Source: Phoronis australis
Lineage: Eukaryota > Animalia > Phoronida
Reading direction: 5' to 3'
Assembly (NCBI GenBank): GCA_002633005.1
Contig: NMRA01000006.1
Span: 1,384,442 to 1,448,441, forward strand
DNA length: 64,000 bases
In this document: positions 1 through 10,799 of the stretch, one piece after another
How the letters are laid out: the number at the start of each line of letters is the position of its first letter
Position numbering within the stretch: the first letter of the stretch is position 1
Notes under the pieces: model-generated
The model's input: only the letters and a program-made list of their open reading frames with translations
Told to the model about the DNA's origin: nothing
Databases searched by the model: none
Program-made: the position numbers and the translations under genes

Positions 1-229
1 ACCTCTACACGCAATAAGCCAAAAAAGATGAACTGGAAGGAAAATAACAACTCAGTGCACTAAACAATCATGGCTAGTTAGAATACAAATACAAAGCAGA
101 ATAAGGCCACGCCCAAACTTGTATTCAGAGTTATATTGGAAAACATAGCCCCATACAGCATTCAATACACGCAGGATAGTTCTTAAACAAAATGTTTCCA
201 CTACAATTCGATCAAGATAAAAAGTTTAC

Positions 230-573
230 TTACATCATTTTACTCTCATGACACAACCGCAGCGTGCGATACATACCTGTGACCTGTTCATTCAACACAG
301 GTTTTTCGTGACTGATCAATAGCCATTCCAAAATCTTTAGCAGAAATATGTCGTTTTCAACATAGCGAATGATGGTATTGTCTACTCTTTCTTGCCTAGT
401 TATTTTTGTGCCATGTTGGTATACAAAGTGATCTTGAATGGACCCCCATGCACTTAAGTGCATGAACAACCGTCGCGAGAGAGAACACACCGTGTGTCCA
501 TTGTAACGCTGTTCACGAGAATGGGGTCGAAGACATTCGTCCATATGACGGGATGTTGTTTACCAATTCGCCT
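230..573 (-). mobile_element. Penelope-like retroelement (probably Naiad-type) GIY-YIG endonuclease fragment, 5'-truncated, with inverted 5' piece
   Basis: Minus ORF 230-544 reads C..YNGHT..SLSRRL.MH...GSIQDH...LKILE.LLI..EKP.LN.Q, the typical PLE GIY-YIG C-terminal half. The missing VVYQF motif is encoded on the opposite strand at 550-573. Confidence 0.75.
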
Positions 574-987
574 TTCTCGAATTCAGCGACCCCCGACAGA
601 ATAAGTATTTTGGAAAAAGTGCTTTCTTGCAACTAAAGTTTAAGAACATTTATAGACAAAGGAATCGTGTTAATTTTGAACTGAAGCAAAGAAGAAAGAT
701 TGAGAACCTTATGAAAATAAATTTTTTTTGATGTCTTAGCAAATAAGAATTAAAAGGAGGCCACAGGTTTCGTGTTAAAAGCAACGCGAATCTCTACGTA
801 AAATACTCGAACACTATCTGGATTACATCGCAAACAACAACGGCATGTATGATGCGGTATACCGTATTATAAATACGTGATAATTCACGTTCAAGTCGCT
901 TTGCGAAACCCCTCTAATGACGCAACGCTCTATAACGCATTTTAAGTGCATGTCAGATAAGTAAATTCTTGGGAAAGAGTCGAATAT

Positions 988-1920
988 GTTTGAATAAAAG
1001 GTGGCGGACATTGCCGTGGAGATAGCGTTTATCTTAAGTAGATTCTGGTGTCAAACAGCTTTTCCCCGATAAGAGATCGTAAATTGTTGGTGAGATTCTT
1101 TTTTGCAAGCTTCAAGAATGAAGGTCTTCTTGAACTGCCCTCTTCCTCAATACTCACGTCTACGTCCCCGACCCTTTTTCTTCGTCGGAAACGGCATTTT
1201 CAATTCACTGGTGTATTAGTAACTTCATGCAATTATATGACGCACCACTGTACATGTAGACGCACTTTTAATGATGCCATGTGTGTGAATTCGTAGCTAA
1301 CACCTGACCATCTTTGAATAAAAGGTGGCGGAAAATGCCGTGGAGAAAGCGTTGAGTTCTCAGCTTAAGTAGATTGTTCTGTCAAAGACACCTTTTTCGC
1401 ACCAAGAACTCACAATTTTTTGATGATATTCTTCTTGCACGCTTCAAGAATGGCGGTCTTCTTGAATTACTCTCCTCCTCAACATCACCGTTCACGTTCC
1501 CGATCCTCTTTCTACGTAGGAAGCAGAGCATTTGGAATTAAGTATTACTGACATCACACAATTTTATGATGCAACTCTGTAGATGTATGTCGTAATTTAA
1601 ATTATTCCAGAAGAGTAAATTCGCAGCTAACACTCGGGCATCTTTGAATAAATTTGGCGGTCGTTGCCGTGGAGGAAGTGTTGAATTTTTAGCTTTAAGT
1701 ACTTGGTGCTGTCAAACACCATTTTTCCCGCAAAGAGGTCACAATTTGTTGGTGTTATATCTCTTTAAACGCTTCAAGAATGATATTATTCTTGAATTAC
1801 TCTTCTCGTCACCGTTGACGTCCACGTCCACTACCCTCTTTCGCTTTGGAAAGCACGGCATTTTGAATTAAAAGATGTACTGCTGACAGCATGCAAGTTG
1901 ATGACACCACCTTGTGTGAC
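988..1920. repeat. Three degenerate tandem units of ~325 bp (~988-1311, 1312-1640, 1641-1920)
   Basis: Each unit starts TTTGAATAAA..TGGCGG...TGCCGTGGAG and shares GCTTCAAGAATG...TTCTTGAA; the GAATT/AAATTCG.AGCTAACAC block recurs at the ends of units 1 and 2. Confidence 0.85.
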
Positions 1921-1928
1921 ACAATTGA

Positions 1929-4155
1929 AATTGACCTATCGCAAGCTCCGCCCCTATGCGAACAGTCACGTGATACCCGACAATCGAACGAGACGTGCGT
2001 TCAATAGACGCTAGGACCTAACTAAAACCTAGTCAAAGTCACGTGCTCTCATTTAAAATGCACGGCAACATCTCATGTAATCTCGTGAAGTCTTGCTTTT
2101 CTACGAGGTCCTAGCGTTACTGAACGGGAGGGAGATGTCAGAGGCAAATACACTGTGCTAAACGGCGTTCCTGGTGGAATCGGTGAGTGTTTTTGCACTA
2201 TTTGAAAACGCTTCGACAGAGACAAGAGGCGATGCTTTTCAACAGAGAATGGTACGTTGATGATATGGGAATTTGTAAAGGTGACGATGAAAAAATAAAT
2301 GCTCGAGGCGCCAGCGAAAATCCGAAGAACCCCTCGGCCTCGGGGCCACCTTCACCTGACAAATGACAAGGCCACTGATACATATACGATATGTTCATAT
2401 AAAGCTGAGTATATACCTTAAAGTCGAATTATCTGTACGATTTCATAGATTACATGATCTTTCGAATAAAATCAGTGAAGATTCACCGATATTTTTACTC
2501 TGTCGTCTGCTAAATTTCGCCAAATGAAAAGTAGGTCACAACTGGTAGGACTCCTGGAGTAAAGTAGGTTATAGATTACAGACAACACATGCACTATAGT
2601 CTCTGACTAGGTCGACTCGATAGCACTGTTTACGCTTTTCTAATCTTGTAACGAAATATTTTGATAAAAAAATTCAGGTTCATAACTCAGGTACACACTC
2701 ATCTCGTCCTAGGCAAACAGTTAGCTCTGGTAGGTCTAGGGCTGTGTCTAAGTCAAATTAATGTCTGGAATTCAGTGGCGGATCTAGGATACCACAGGGG
2801 GCCCAACATATGTTGCCTCGTGGAATTGGGCAAAGTGCAATTGTATGTGCATAGGCGGCCCGAAAGTTGCAGGGGCCAGGGATGTAGACCGTTGGACCTT
2901 CTGTTCAGAAAATCTATCGGTGGACTAAAAAAAAAAGGAACACGATTCCGCCGCGATATGGGGTCTAAGCCCCCCCCCTCTTCCGCTACCGGTTCTAGTT
3001 ACTGAACTCAATATTTCCTCACGCTCTTGATGTTTCATTTTGCTTGCGGCAGCCAAGGGTGGGGGGCTGGGGCCCCTGCCCCCCCTAAATCCGCCTATGG
3101 AATTGTCCGTTTGCACCATTAAGACATTTAAATTAGGCCTACCTTTTTATGAACTTGGCATTTTTTGTAGTTTCATTCCTTAAAGGTAGCTTTCATTTAA
3201 TTTTGAAGGTAGCATGATCACTAAGTCGTGGTATGGTTACAAAAGATTACAAGTCTGGTGTGGTAGTTGCAAAAATAGGGTATTTACAAAAATAATTCAA
3301 ATTCTTTTTTAAACCTTCGATCTAAATATCATGTTTGAACAACTTCAAAATGAGCTCTCTCTAACTCCGAGTCTACAGACATAGTGTATACTAGAGGTAC
3401 ACGTCAAAAACAATTCACCAGTTTATTTTTAGTGACAACAGCTCGACCAAGGCTTTGAATTCCGGCAGTAATCCAGTGCCCTTCCCTGTGCCGATCTAAT
3501 CTCTGAATTTTGACCGGGAGAGGAGTTCAGTTGAACGCCAGCCTACGGTTTATGAATAACAAAAATGTACCTCTGATACGAAACAAAATAATGTCCATTA
3601 TGTTGAAATAAATAAAAAACATAAAATAAAAATGTCCTTGAAAACAACAAACTACCGCTAGAGTGCTGAGATCCAGCAAGTGCCGAGACAAAGGCGGCCA
3701 GACGCAGGAAACTCGGGAGTCAAAATCTGAGATAGCCCTGCACCACAGCCACCAAGCTGAAAAGTGCGTATCTTGGAACTAATATGTTTGTGTTTATTAT
3801 AGCCTTTGAGTTATCAAGCAACATCGCTAAGTTCAGCTGCTCGTGTGGCCGTACAATTTGATCTATAGTTTACGCTTTTCAACATCATTTTTCGGCTTAG
3901 GACATGCCAAAAAATGACGGGATATTATTCTGGAGCAGCATAACGGCTGTCGGTGCTACACACGCCATATCAACACCGTTTCCCTATTCTTAGCAGACAA
4001 TTTCTTGAGCTGTCGACTAAAGTAGGTTTTATTCGACTACGAGTGGTTTGTCGGGTAAAATGGCGGCTTGGAAGCGCAGACGAAGGTGTGCCAAGAATGC
4101 TGCATTCTGATTGGTCAATTAAGCCGTCCGTCATAATCCTGGCGATAGGTCAATT
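1929..4155. mobile_element. Putative non-autonomous DNA transposon with 14-bp terminal inverted repeats and nested insertions
   Basis: AATTGACCTATCGC at 1929-1942 and its exact reverse complement GCGATAGGTCAATT at 4142-4155; additional internal inverted repeat ~1998-2019/2106-2127. Confidence 0.55.
2773..3099. mobile_element. hAT-like MITE (CAGTGGCGGATCT / CATAGGCGGATTT family)
   Basis: CAGTGGCGGATCTAG at 2773 and CTAAATCCGCCTATG ending at 3099; both flanked by GAATT (possible 5-bp TSD); G/C-run subterminal sequence. Confidence 0.6.
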
Positions 4156-4628
4156 GCGACAGCGACTTAGTGATATGATATGCAGCGTTGTTTGTATGGT
4201 CGTCTCTGTCCAAACGAAACCTGCATTTGTGAACGTTGATGTTAAATAAATACTTCGATTAGATTAAAATTGATATTGAATACGTCAAAGCGTTGTACAC
4301 AATTTACAGCACAGAAATGTCCATTGCCATTAAAATAATTTTGAAGAGAATCAGCCGAAAACTGATGAAAAATACTGTTAGAGAATGTGGATTTGTTTGT
4401 TTTGGGATTATTTTCTTACCGGCTCACGGAGAATGCCTATGACTGGTAAGAAATAAAAATACAGTAATTTTGAAAGAAAAGCAAAGCAAAGCACGACTTA
4501 TTTTGAAAGGAAATTCGGCACAGACACCTCGTGAAAATCACAAATGCTGCATCAAATACGATACGCTAAAAATTAACCAATATGAGTACACAATTCAAAG
4601 AAATGCCTATGAACCTCATATACCTTAT

Positions 4629-4780
4629 TCAAGTCAAGTCAAGTCAAGTCAAGTCATTTTATTTATAGTCAGTTTAAATGAAACAAGAGAAAACATTAGC
4701 CACAGGCTAGTATACCGAGAAATAAATTCATGAGTTATACAATAAAAAAATATGAAATTAAAATAAAATTATAAATACTA
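4629..4780 (-). mobile_element. Non-LTR retrotransposon 3' end with AATAAA + (TTGAC)n tail (also at ~6599)
   Basis: Reverse complement reads ...ATAAATAAAATGACTTGACTTGACTTGA, a polyA signal followed by a short tandem tail typical of LINE 3' ends. Confidence 0.5.
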
Positions 4781-4781
4781 T

Positions 4782-5337
4782 TGTAGCGGTGGTGTTATGT
4801 GCAGCGTTGTGTGTTATGTGTGTGGTGGATGACCGCCGGTGTCAACCTGACGGATAGATGCTCAGTCGTTTTGAAGTTTGGATATTTAAAAAGGAAGAGT
4901 AAAAGGAGATTTGAATTGATTAAAAATACATTCTTATTTATTGATGTTGTCGAAAATTACAAACAGTGGTTATGAGAAAAAAATATCAAAAACTATTTAG
5001 CAACTCTAAAACTTTTAGAAGAAATTATAGGAGACTTACAAGACGTAACTCATATTGCTAGGAGATCGGACTGGAGCGGGTTTCAAACCCCAGACAGCCC
5101 TCCAAAACTGCTTGTGCGCGACTTTTTATACACTAAACGAATGCACGTGAGAGTGAGTACATGACATGAGTGACGTAATGAAACACCACTATAAGAGGAG
5201 TCAATTAATAAAGTGGCGCGAAACTGTAACTCTAATTCACAAAGGGAGGGCGCGCCCGTCACACTCCCCCAACCTCAGATCTAATGTTAAGTTATTCAAC
5301 ATAGATCAAAATTATGCAGTAGTAACATTGAGCGACA
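4782..5337 (-). mobile_element. Putative solo LTR (second copy ~6741-7299)
   Basis: Minus strand begins TGTCGC and ends CCGCTACA, with TATAAAAAG near 5125 and AATAAA near 4935 in LTR order; no clear TSD. Confidence 0.4.
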
Positions 5338-5344
5338 ACTTCAA

Positions 5345-5353
5345 TGATAATAA

Positions 5354-5396
<43 letters not shown>

Positions 5397-5432
5397 AATA
5401 ACTATAACAATAATAACAATAACAATAATAAT
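5345..5432. repeat. (AAT)n microsatellite = (ATT)n tail of the adjacent minus-strand LINE (second copy ~7305-7400)
   Basis: Minus strand reads TACAATAAAC then (ATT)n, directly downstream of the LINE ORF2 C-terminus. Confidence 0.85.
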
Positions 5433-5502
5433 GTTTATTGTACATCGTAGGCTTTGCCTACTCATACATAAATACATAAATTCAAACGTATATTCAGAAT
5501 AT

Positions 5503-5749
5503 TTACACGGAGAGCAGTTCTTCTCTTAAAGCCATAACCTTCTGAATATACAATGCGAGGCGCTGGATGCTGTCATGATTTTTCTGTTGGAATAACCTAA
5601 CAAGAGAATAGTTAACATTGAAAAGCTCTGAAAGAAGATTTCTTCTCAGGTCTCCAAGAACAGGGCATCGACACATGAAATGAGGCTCATCTTCAATTTC
5701 ACCCAGACAGCATATGCCGCATATTCTCTCACTTCTAGGAATACCCATA
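5503..5749 (-). pseudogene. LINE ORF2 C-terminal CCHC zinc-finger fragment (copy 1, truncated)
   Basis: ERICGICCLGEIEDEPHFMCRCP motif; identical in copy 2. Confidence 0.8.
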
Positions 5750-5750
5750 T

Positions 5751-6163
5751 TAGTCGGTGGGCCAGATCTCATAGCGTTCATCCTTGTGAGTACTTTGGGG
5801 AGGCAACCTAGTTTTTTCTATGTGGCTAGATAATATACCTATAAATCAAATTCCAAAAAGTTCCCACGTCTACACTTGCAGATTTTTTTAAGAAAAGGTG
5901 TTTTTGTTGCACAAAATATGATGCACATTCCTGCCACTTGAAGGCGCTTTTCTATTGAATTGACCAATCAGAGAGCCAGATTGTATTGTTGTGCTTAGTT
6001 ACTTCAATATGGCTGCTCCCATGGAGTGTGATGCCTGTATAATTCAAGGTTTATCAAACAGCACAAAATTGTGATGTCAGAGCCTAGAGAAGCTTAGGAA
6101 AGCTTCCTGACGAAAGCTGATTGACTGTGGAACTCTGTAGATCAGTAGATCAAAAAGAAGAAG
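5751..6163. mobile_element. Left end of a DNA-transposon-like insertion present only in duplicate copy 1
   Basis: Begins TAGTCGGTGGGCCAGATCT exactly where copy 1 departs from copy 2; contains CCAATCAG and AATATGGCTGCTCCCATGG; ends at N. Confidence 0.45.
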
Positions 6164-6164
6164 N

Positions 6165-7308
6165 TTGTATGGTCGTCTCTGTGCAAACGAAACCTGCATT
6201 TGTGAACGTTAATGTTAAATAAATACTTCGATTAGATTAAAATTGATATTGAATACGTCAAAGCGTTGTACACAACTTACAGCACAGAAATGTCCATTGC
6301 CATTAAAATAATTTTGAAGAGAATCAGCCGAAAACTGATGAAAAATACTGTTAGAATATGTGGATTTGTTTGTTTTGGGATTATTTTCTTACCGGCTCAC
6401 GGAGAATGCCTATGACTGGTAACAAATAAAAATACAGTAATTTTGAAAGAAAAGAAAAGCAAAGCACGACTTATTTTGAAAGGAAATTCGGCACAGACTC
6501 CTCGTGAAAATCACAAATGCTGCATCAAATACGATACGCTAAAAACTAACCAATATGAGTACGCAATTCAAAGAAATGCCTATGAACTTATACCTTATTC
6601 AAGTCAAGTCAAGTCATTTTATTTATAGTCGGTTTAAATGAAACAAGAGAAAACATTAGCCACAGGCTAGTATACCGAGAAATAAATTCATGAGTTATAC
6701 AATAAAAAATATGAAATTAAAGTAAAATTATAAATACTATTGTAGCGGTGGTGTTATGTGCAGCGTTGTGTGTTATGTGTGTGGTGGATGACCGCCGGTG
6801 TCAACCTGACGGATAGATGCTCAGTCGTTTTGAAGGTTGGATATTTAAAAAACAGGAGTAAAAGGAGATTTGAATTGATTAAAAATACATTCTTATTTAT
6901 TGATGTTGTCGAAAATTACAAACAGTGGTTATGAGAAAAAAATTAGCAAAAACTATTTAGCAACTCTAAAACTTTTAGAAGAAATTATAGGAGACTTACA
7001 AGACGTCACTCATATTGCTAGGAGATCGGACTGGAGCGGGTTTCAAACCCCAGACAGCCCTCCAAAACTGCTTGTGCGCGACTTTTTATACACTAAACGA
7101 ATGCACGTGAGAGTGAGTACATGACATGAGTGACGCAATGAAACACCACTATAAGAGGAGTCAATTAATAAAGTGGCGCGAAACTGTAACTCTATAATTC
7201 ACAAAGGGAGGGCGCGCCCGTCACACTCCCCCAACCTCAGATCTAATGTTAAGTTATTCAACATAGATCAAAATTATGCAGTAGTAACAGTTAGCGACAA
7301 CTTCAATG

Positions 7309-7362
<54 letters not shown>

Positions 7363-7698
7363 GCAATAACAATAATAATAATAACAATAACAATAATAAT
7401 GTTTATTGTACATCGTAGGCTAAATAAATTCAAACGTATATTCAGAATATTTACACGGAGAGCAGTTCTTCTCTTAAAGCCATAACCTTCTGAATATACA
7501 ATGCGAGGCGCTGGATGCTGTCATGATTTTTCTGTTGGAATAACCTAACAAGAGAATAGTTAACATTGACAAGCTCTGGAAGAAGATTTCTTCTAAGGTC
7601 TCCAAGAACAGGGCATCGACACATGAAATGAGGCTCATCTTCAATTTCACCCAGACAGCATATGCCGCATATTCGCTCACCTCTAGGAATACCCATAC
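6165..7698. repeat. Copy 2 of ~1.55-kb duplication (likely alternative haplotype)
   Basis: Starts immediately after N at 6164; continues into the LINE remnant where copy 1 is interrupted. Confidence 0.9.
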
Positions 7699-8245
7699 GT
7701 CTCCCTTTCTCTATATTAAGTGAGTGACCTGAACACCAAAATTGCGCAAGTATTTTTCCCGAATAGGCGCTTAAGCACTTCACATTTTGCTAGCTGACAA
7801 GATCACGTTTAATAAGACTATAAAATTCATATTTATTTGAGCTACCTATTTCCAGTTGCCATTCCTGTACGCCACAATCCAGTAATCTCTGTTTGAATAC
7901 TATAATAAACTCAGCACTAGTACCTAGGCCAAATAACCACACTTCTCCATAGCCGTACCTGTACAAAATTTCTTTGACACGGTGTGCCCAGTTACAATTA
8001 CCATTTTTACTTTGTTCCCTAAGCATACTATAACACTTCAGTGGGTACCCATGTTCTTCCATATCCAGTAATTTTGTCCAATAGATAATTGGTTTACACA
8101 TATATTTTGTAATTAACAAATGTCTCCCACATTCACCACGACCCATAGCATTTGGCGTTTTAATAATCAATCTCAGAACATATTTACAGAAATCATGAAC
8201 TTTTTCAATAGATTCACACATTGATGCTCCCCATATTTCTGCACC
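7305..8245 (-). mobile_element. 5'-truncated LINE (RTE-X/Proto2-like) ORF2 remnant: post-RT region plus CCHC zinc finger and (ATT)n tail
   Basis: ORFs 7790-8245 (GAEIWG...FCKYVL...GECGR...YWTKLL...W...FKQRLLD...W) and 7451-7783 (SGHSLNIEKGR...ERIC..C...EIEDE.HF...CP), frameshifted; interrupted at 8246 by a MITE end. Confidence 0.85.
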
Positions 8246-10700
8246 CAGTGGCGGATCTACGTTTTCAGCAAGGGGGGGTTTAGGATTCCCGCCAAAGTGG
8301 AATCCTAGGCGCGTGGCGCCGAGCGGGAGGAGGTTGGGAGGGGGGTTTCTCCTCCCATGTAAGAATTTTTTGTTTTGTTTTTGTAGCCAAATAGTGAAAT
8401 TTCCATGCATCCTGGTAAGTTTCTTGCACTTAACATGTCTCTGGAGTTTTTCTTAAGATACTGATTAAAAACCCTTCTCGATTTCGTCACATGAACTTGG
8501 CACATAAGTTTCGTGAAACCATATTGTGCACATCTGGGTATGAGTCACGCCACCAGCAAAAATTTTTGTTGGGACATCTGCTTACACACACCTTTTTTAG
8601 CATACGAAAAGTCGTACACGAAAAAGTGTGGTGTGTATACAGGGGTGTAGACAATTTCCAAATATTCAAGAGCATAATTAAGGAGCACCGACGGGGCGTA
8701 AAAACTTGAATATCAGATGATCGCGTAACAGCAGTCTCAAGTTGTTTAAGAACGAAGACCTGTACTCTTAGTCCGGAAATAAACATGTGTTCTGTCTCCT
8801 TACGAGAAAAACTGGCGAACGATGATGCTCTCAACTCATAGTCTATTATCAAAGGCGACAATAAATAATTAGGTATCACTTTATTAAGCTGAATCACGTT
8901 GACGACAATTGAAAAACGTCAAATCTATCAGGAAACAAATCATCTGAAAACAGTTTCACGAAACCAAAACATCCTGTGCACACGTCCAACCGGACAAAAT
9001 GTTGGGCCCCCCCTTGTGATATCCTAGATCCGCCACTGAATTAAGTATTACTTTATTAAGTTGGTACACGTTGACGACAATTGAAAAACGTCAAATGTAT
9101 CAGGAAACAAATCATCTGAAAACAGTTTCACGAAACCAAAACATCATGTGCACAGTGGTGAAAAGATATACTGGACTAGGTTGCAGAAGGACCAGAAGTA
9201 CACTAAAACTCAACATCTACACAAATCAAGCTGGCCTGATCTGTTGCAAGACCTAAAGTGTACTAGGCAAAAAAATGACACTTTTTAATCCCCAGTGGTT
9301 ACTCATACGTTAGTCCTATCCTTCTGTTGTCTAGACTGCGCAACTAAATTTGATCCGTTCATCATGAACTACTTCAAACCTAGACCTATTTGCATTTCTT
9401 GCCATTTTCGGAATAAACGTCCCAATGTCTGAGCGCTTGAAACCCCAAGTAGGCCTACTAACATCAAGTAAATGCCCATGGGCATGGGCGTTTCATCGGG
9501 TGGGCCTTTCTGCGGAAATTCCCAGTATAGAAAACGGCAGTGGTGCTTATTGCAGGTAGAAAGACGGTAGGTGTTGAGGTGGGAACTAGAGCTCCTTAGG
9601 AGGCCTATTGAACATCGCACGAGTCCCGCAAGACTTTGCTGTGAAAGCCTTCCCGCAATTTCTGGTACTGTACACTGTTCGCGAATGCGATCACTTTGTC
9701 AATGTGAGTGCCTCCTTGGTCATTCTTTGTATAGACATAACTTGTTAGAGTACATCTTCAAACGAACTCTCGATCAGACCACGGCGCCCGCGACAATAGC
9801 AATTCTTCGGAAAACGAGTTCTTTTCAAAAATATTACATGTAGATGTACACTGTATGATATTGCACAAGACAACTTTACTATACACCAGTCAAATTCGAG
9901 TTACAAGTGTGTGGGGTATAATGGAATGACACGGCGTGACAGATGAGGAAAAACGTTGCACGTCAATTCGCCTGAATATCAGGGTTGCGGCACCACAGCA
10001 TTTCCCCTAATCAAATCAAAACAAACCTTAGAGTGAAGAAACTAGTAACCTTAAGAAATCATCTATAGAGCTGCTCTTTCAGCGGTGGATCCATCTAAAA
10101 TGCTTGGCTACTTCAGAAGTGTCGACGGAAGCGCGCGCACAATTGATCTCCGCGCGTTTTGCCGATGAGCCACGAAGACTCGAAATGCATTGATTTTCAT
10201 AACAGCAATTCACAATGCAAAAAATATATATTTTCCTCAATTTTTTTCAAGTTGGTTTACTTGGGGTTTACACACGCTGGCGATGCCGTTTTTGTTTTGC
10301 TGGAAACGGTTTTGTTTTTTTTATTTTTGGGTCCTGGCCCAAGGGGGGGTTTAAACCCCCTGAACCTCTCCCCCGTAGATCCGCCACTGACTCCGCCATA
10401 CAATAGGGCCCAAGATCAGATTTCCTGATAAAAAGGCCCTTTAATGAGAGTGCCAGATGTCATCGATGGACAAGGTGCCATGAAAACCGTTGCCGTGACG
10501 GACTGACTTCAGTCGGTCGCAGTCTAATGAATTGCAGATTGACCAGTGGCGGATCTAGGATATCACGAGGGGGCTCAACATTTTGTCTGTTAGTGTATGT
10601 ATTTGCGCAAACCACGATTGTAGATGCGCATAGCACCGAATGGATGGAGGTCGTGAGGGAGGTTTGCCCCCATCCTGCCCAGGAAATTTTTCTGTTCTTT
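8246..10700. mobile_element. Cluster of nested CAGTGGCGGATCT-family (hAT-like) MITE ends
   Basis: Forward TIRs at 8246, ~10080, 10543; reverse TIRs ending at 9038 and 10389; ~110-bp direct duplication 8872-8982/9045-9153 around the 9038 end. Confidence 0.65.
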
Positions 10701-10799
10701 CCTCTAAAATTCAAGCATTTTCCTTGATTCCTGAAGTATTATCCAAGAAAAAAAAAGGGGAAAAAAACACGGAGAACGTGTCAAACAGCAAAAAGTGAA

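Larger units (their letters stand above)
4191..5749. repeat. Copy 1 of ~1.55-kb duplication (partner 6165-~7698)
   Basis: Near-identical to the sequence following the single N at 6164; differs by scattered SNPs and microsatellite lengths. Confidence 0.9.

Noticed and set aside
205-255. SECIS-like AUGA...AA...UGA stem at the end of the PLE fragment (minus strand)
   Set aside because: Weak A/U pairing, non-standard spacing and no in-frame UGA in the visible ORF.
5166-5529. Poly-N / poly-I ORFs (also 7173-7418 and the poly-Y/C tail of 22003-22281)
   Set aside because: Translations of microsatellites.
2773-9038. Single 6.3-kb element defined by the well-matching 2773 and 9038 TIRs
   Set aside because: It would cross the 1929-4155 element boundary and an N junction; only palindromic AATT flanks it; more likely two separate family members.
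9150-9170. CACAGTGG as a Transib/RSS-like end
   Set aside because: No partner end or nonamer found; overlaps the end of a local duplication.
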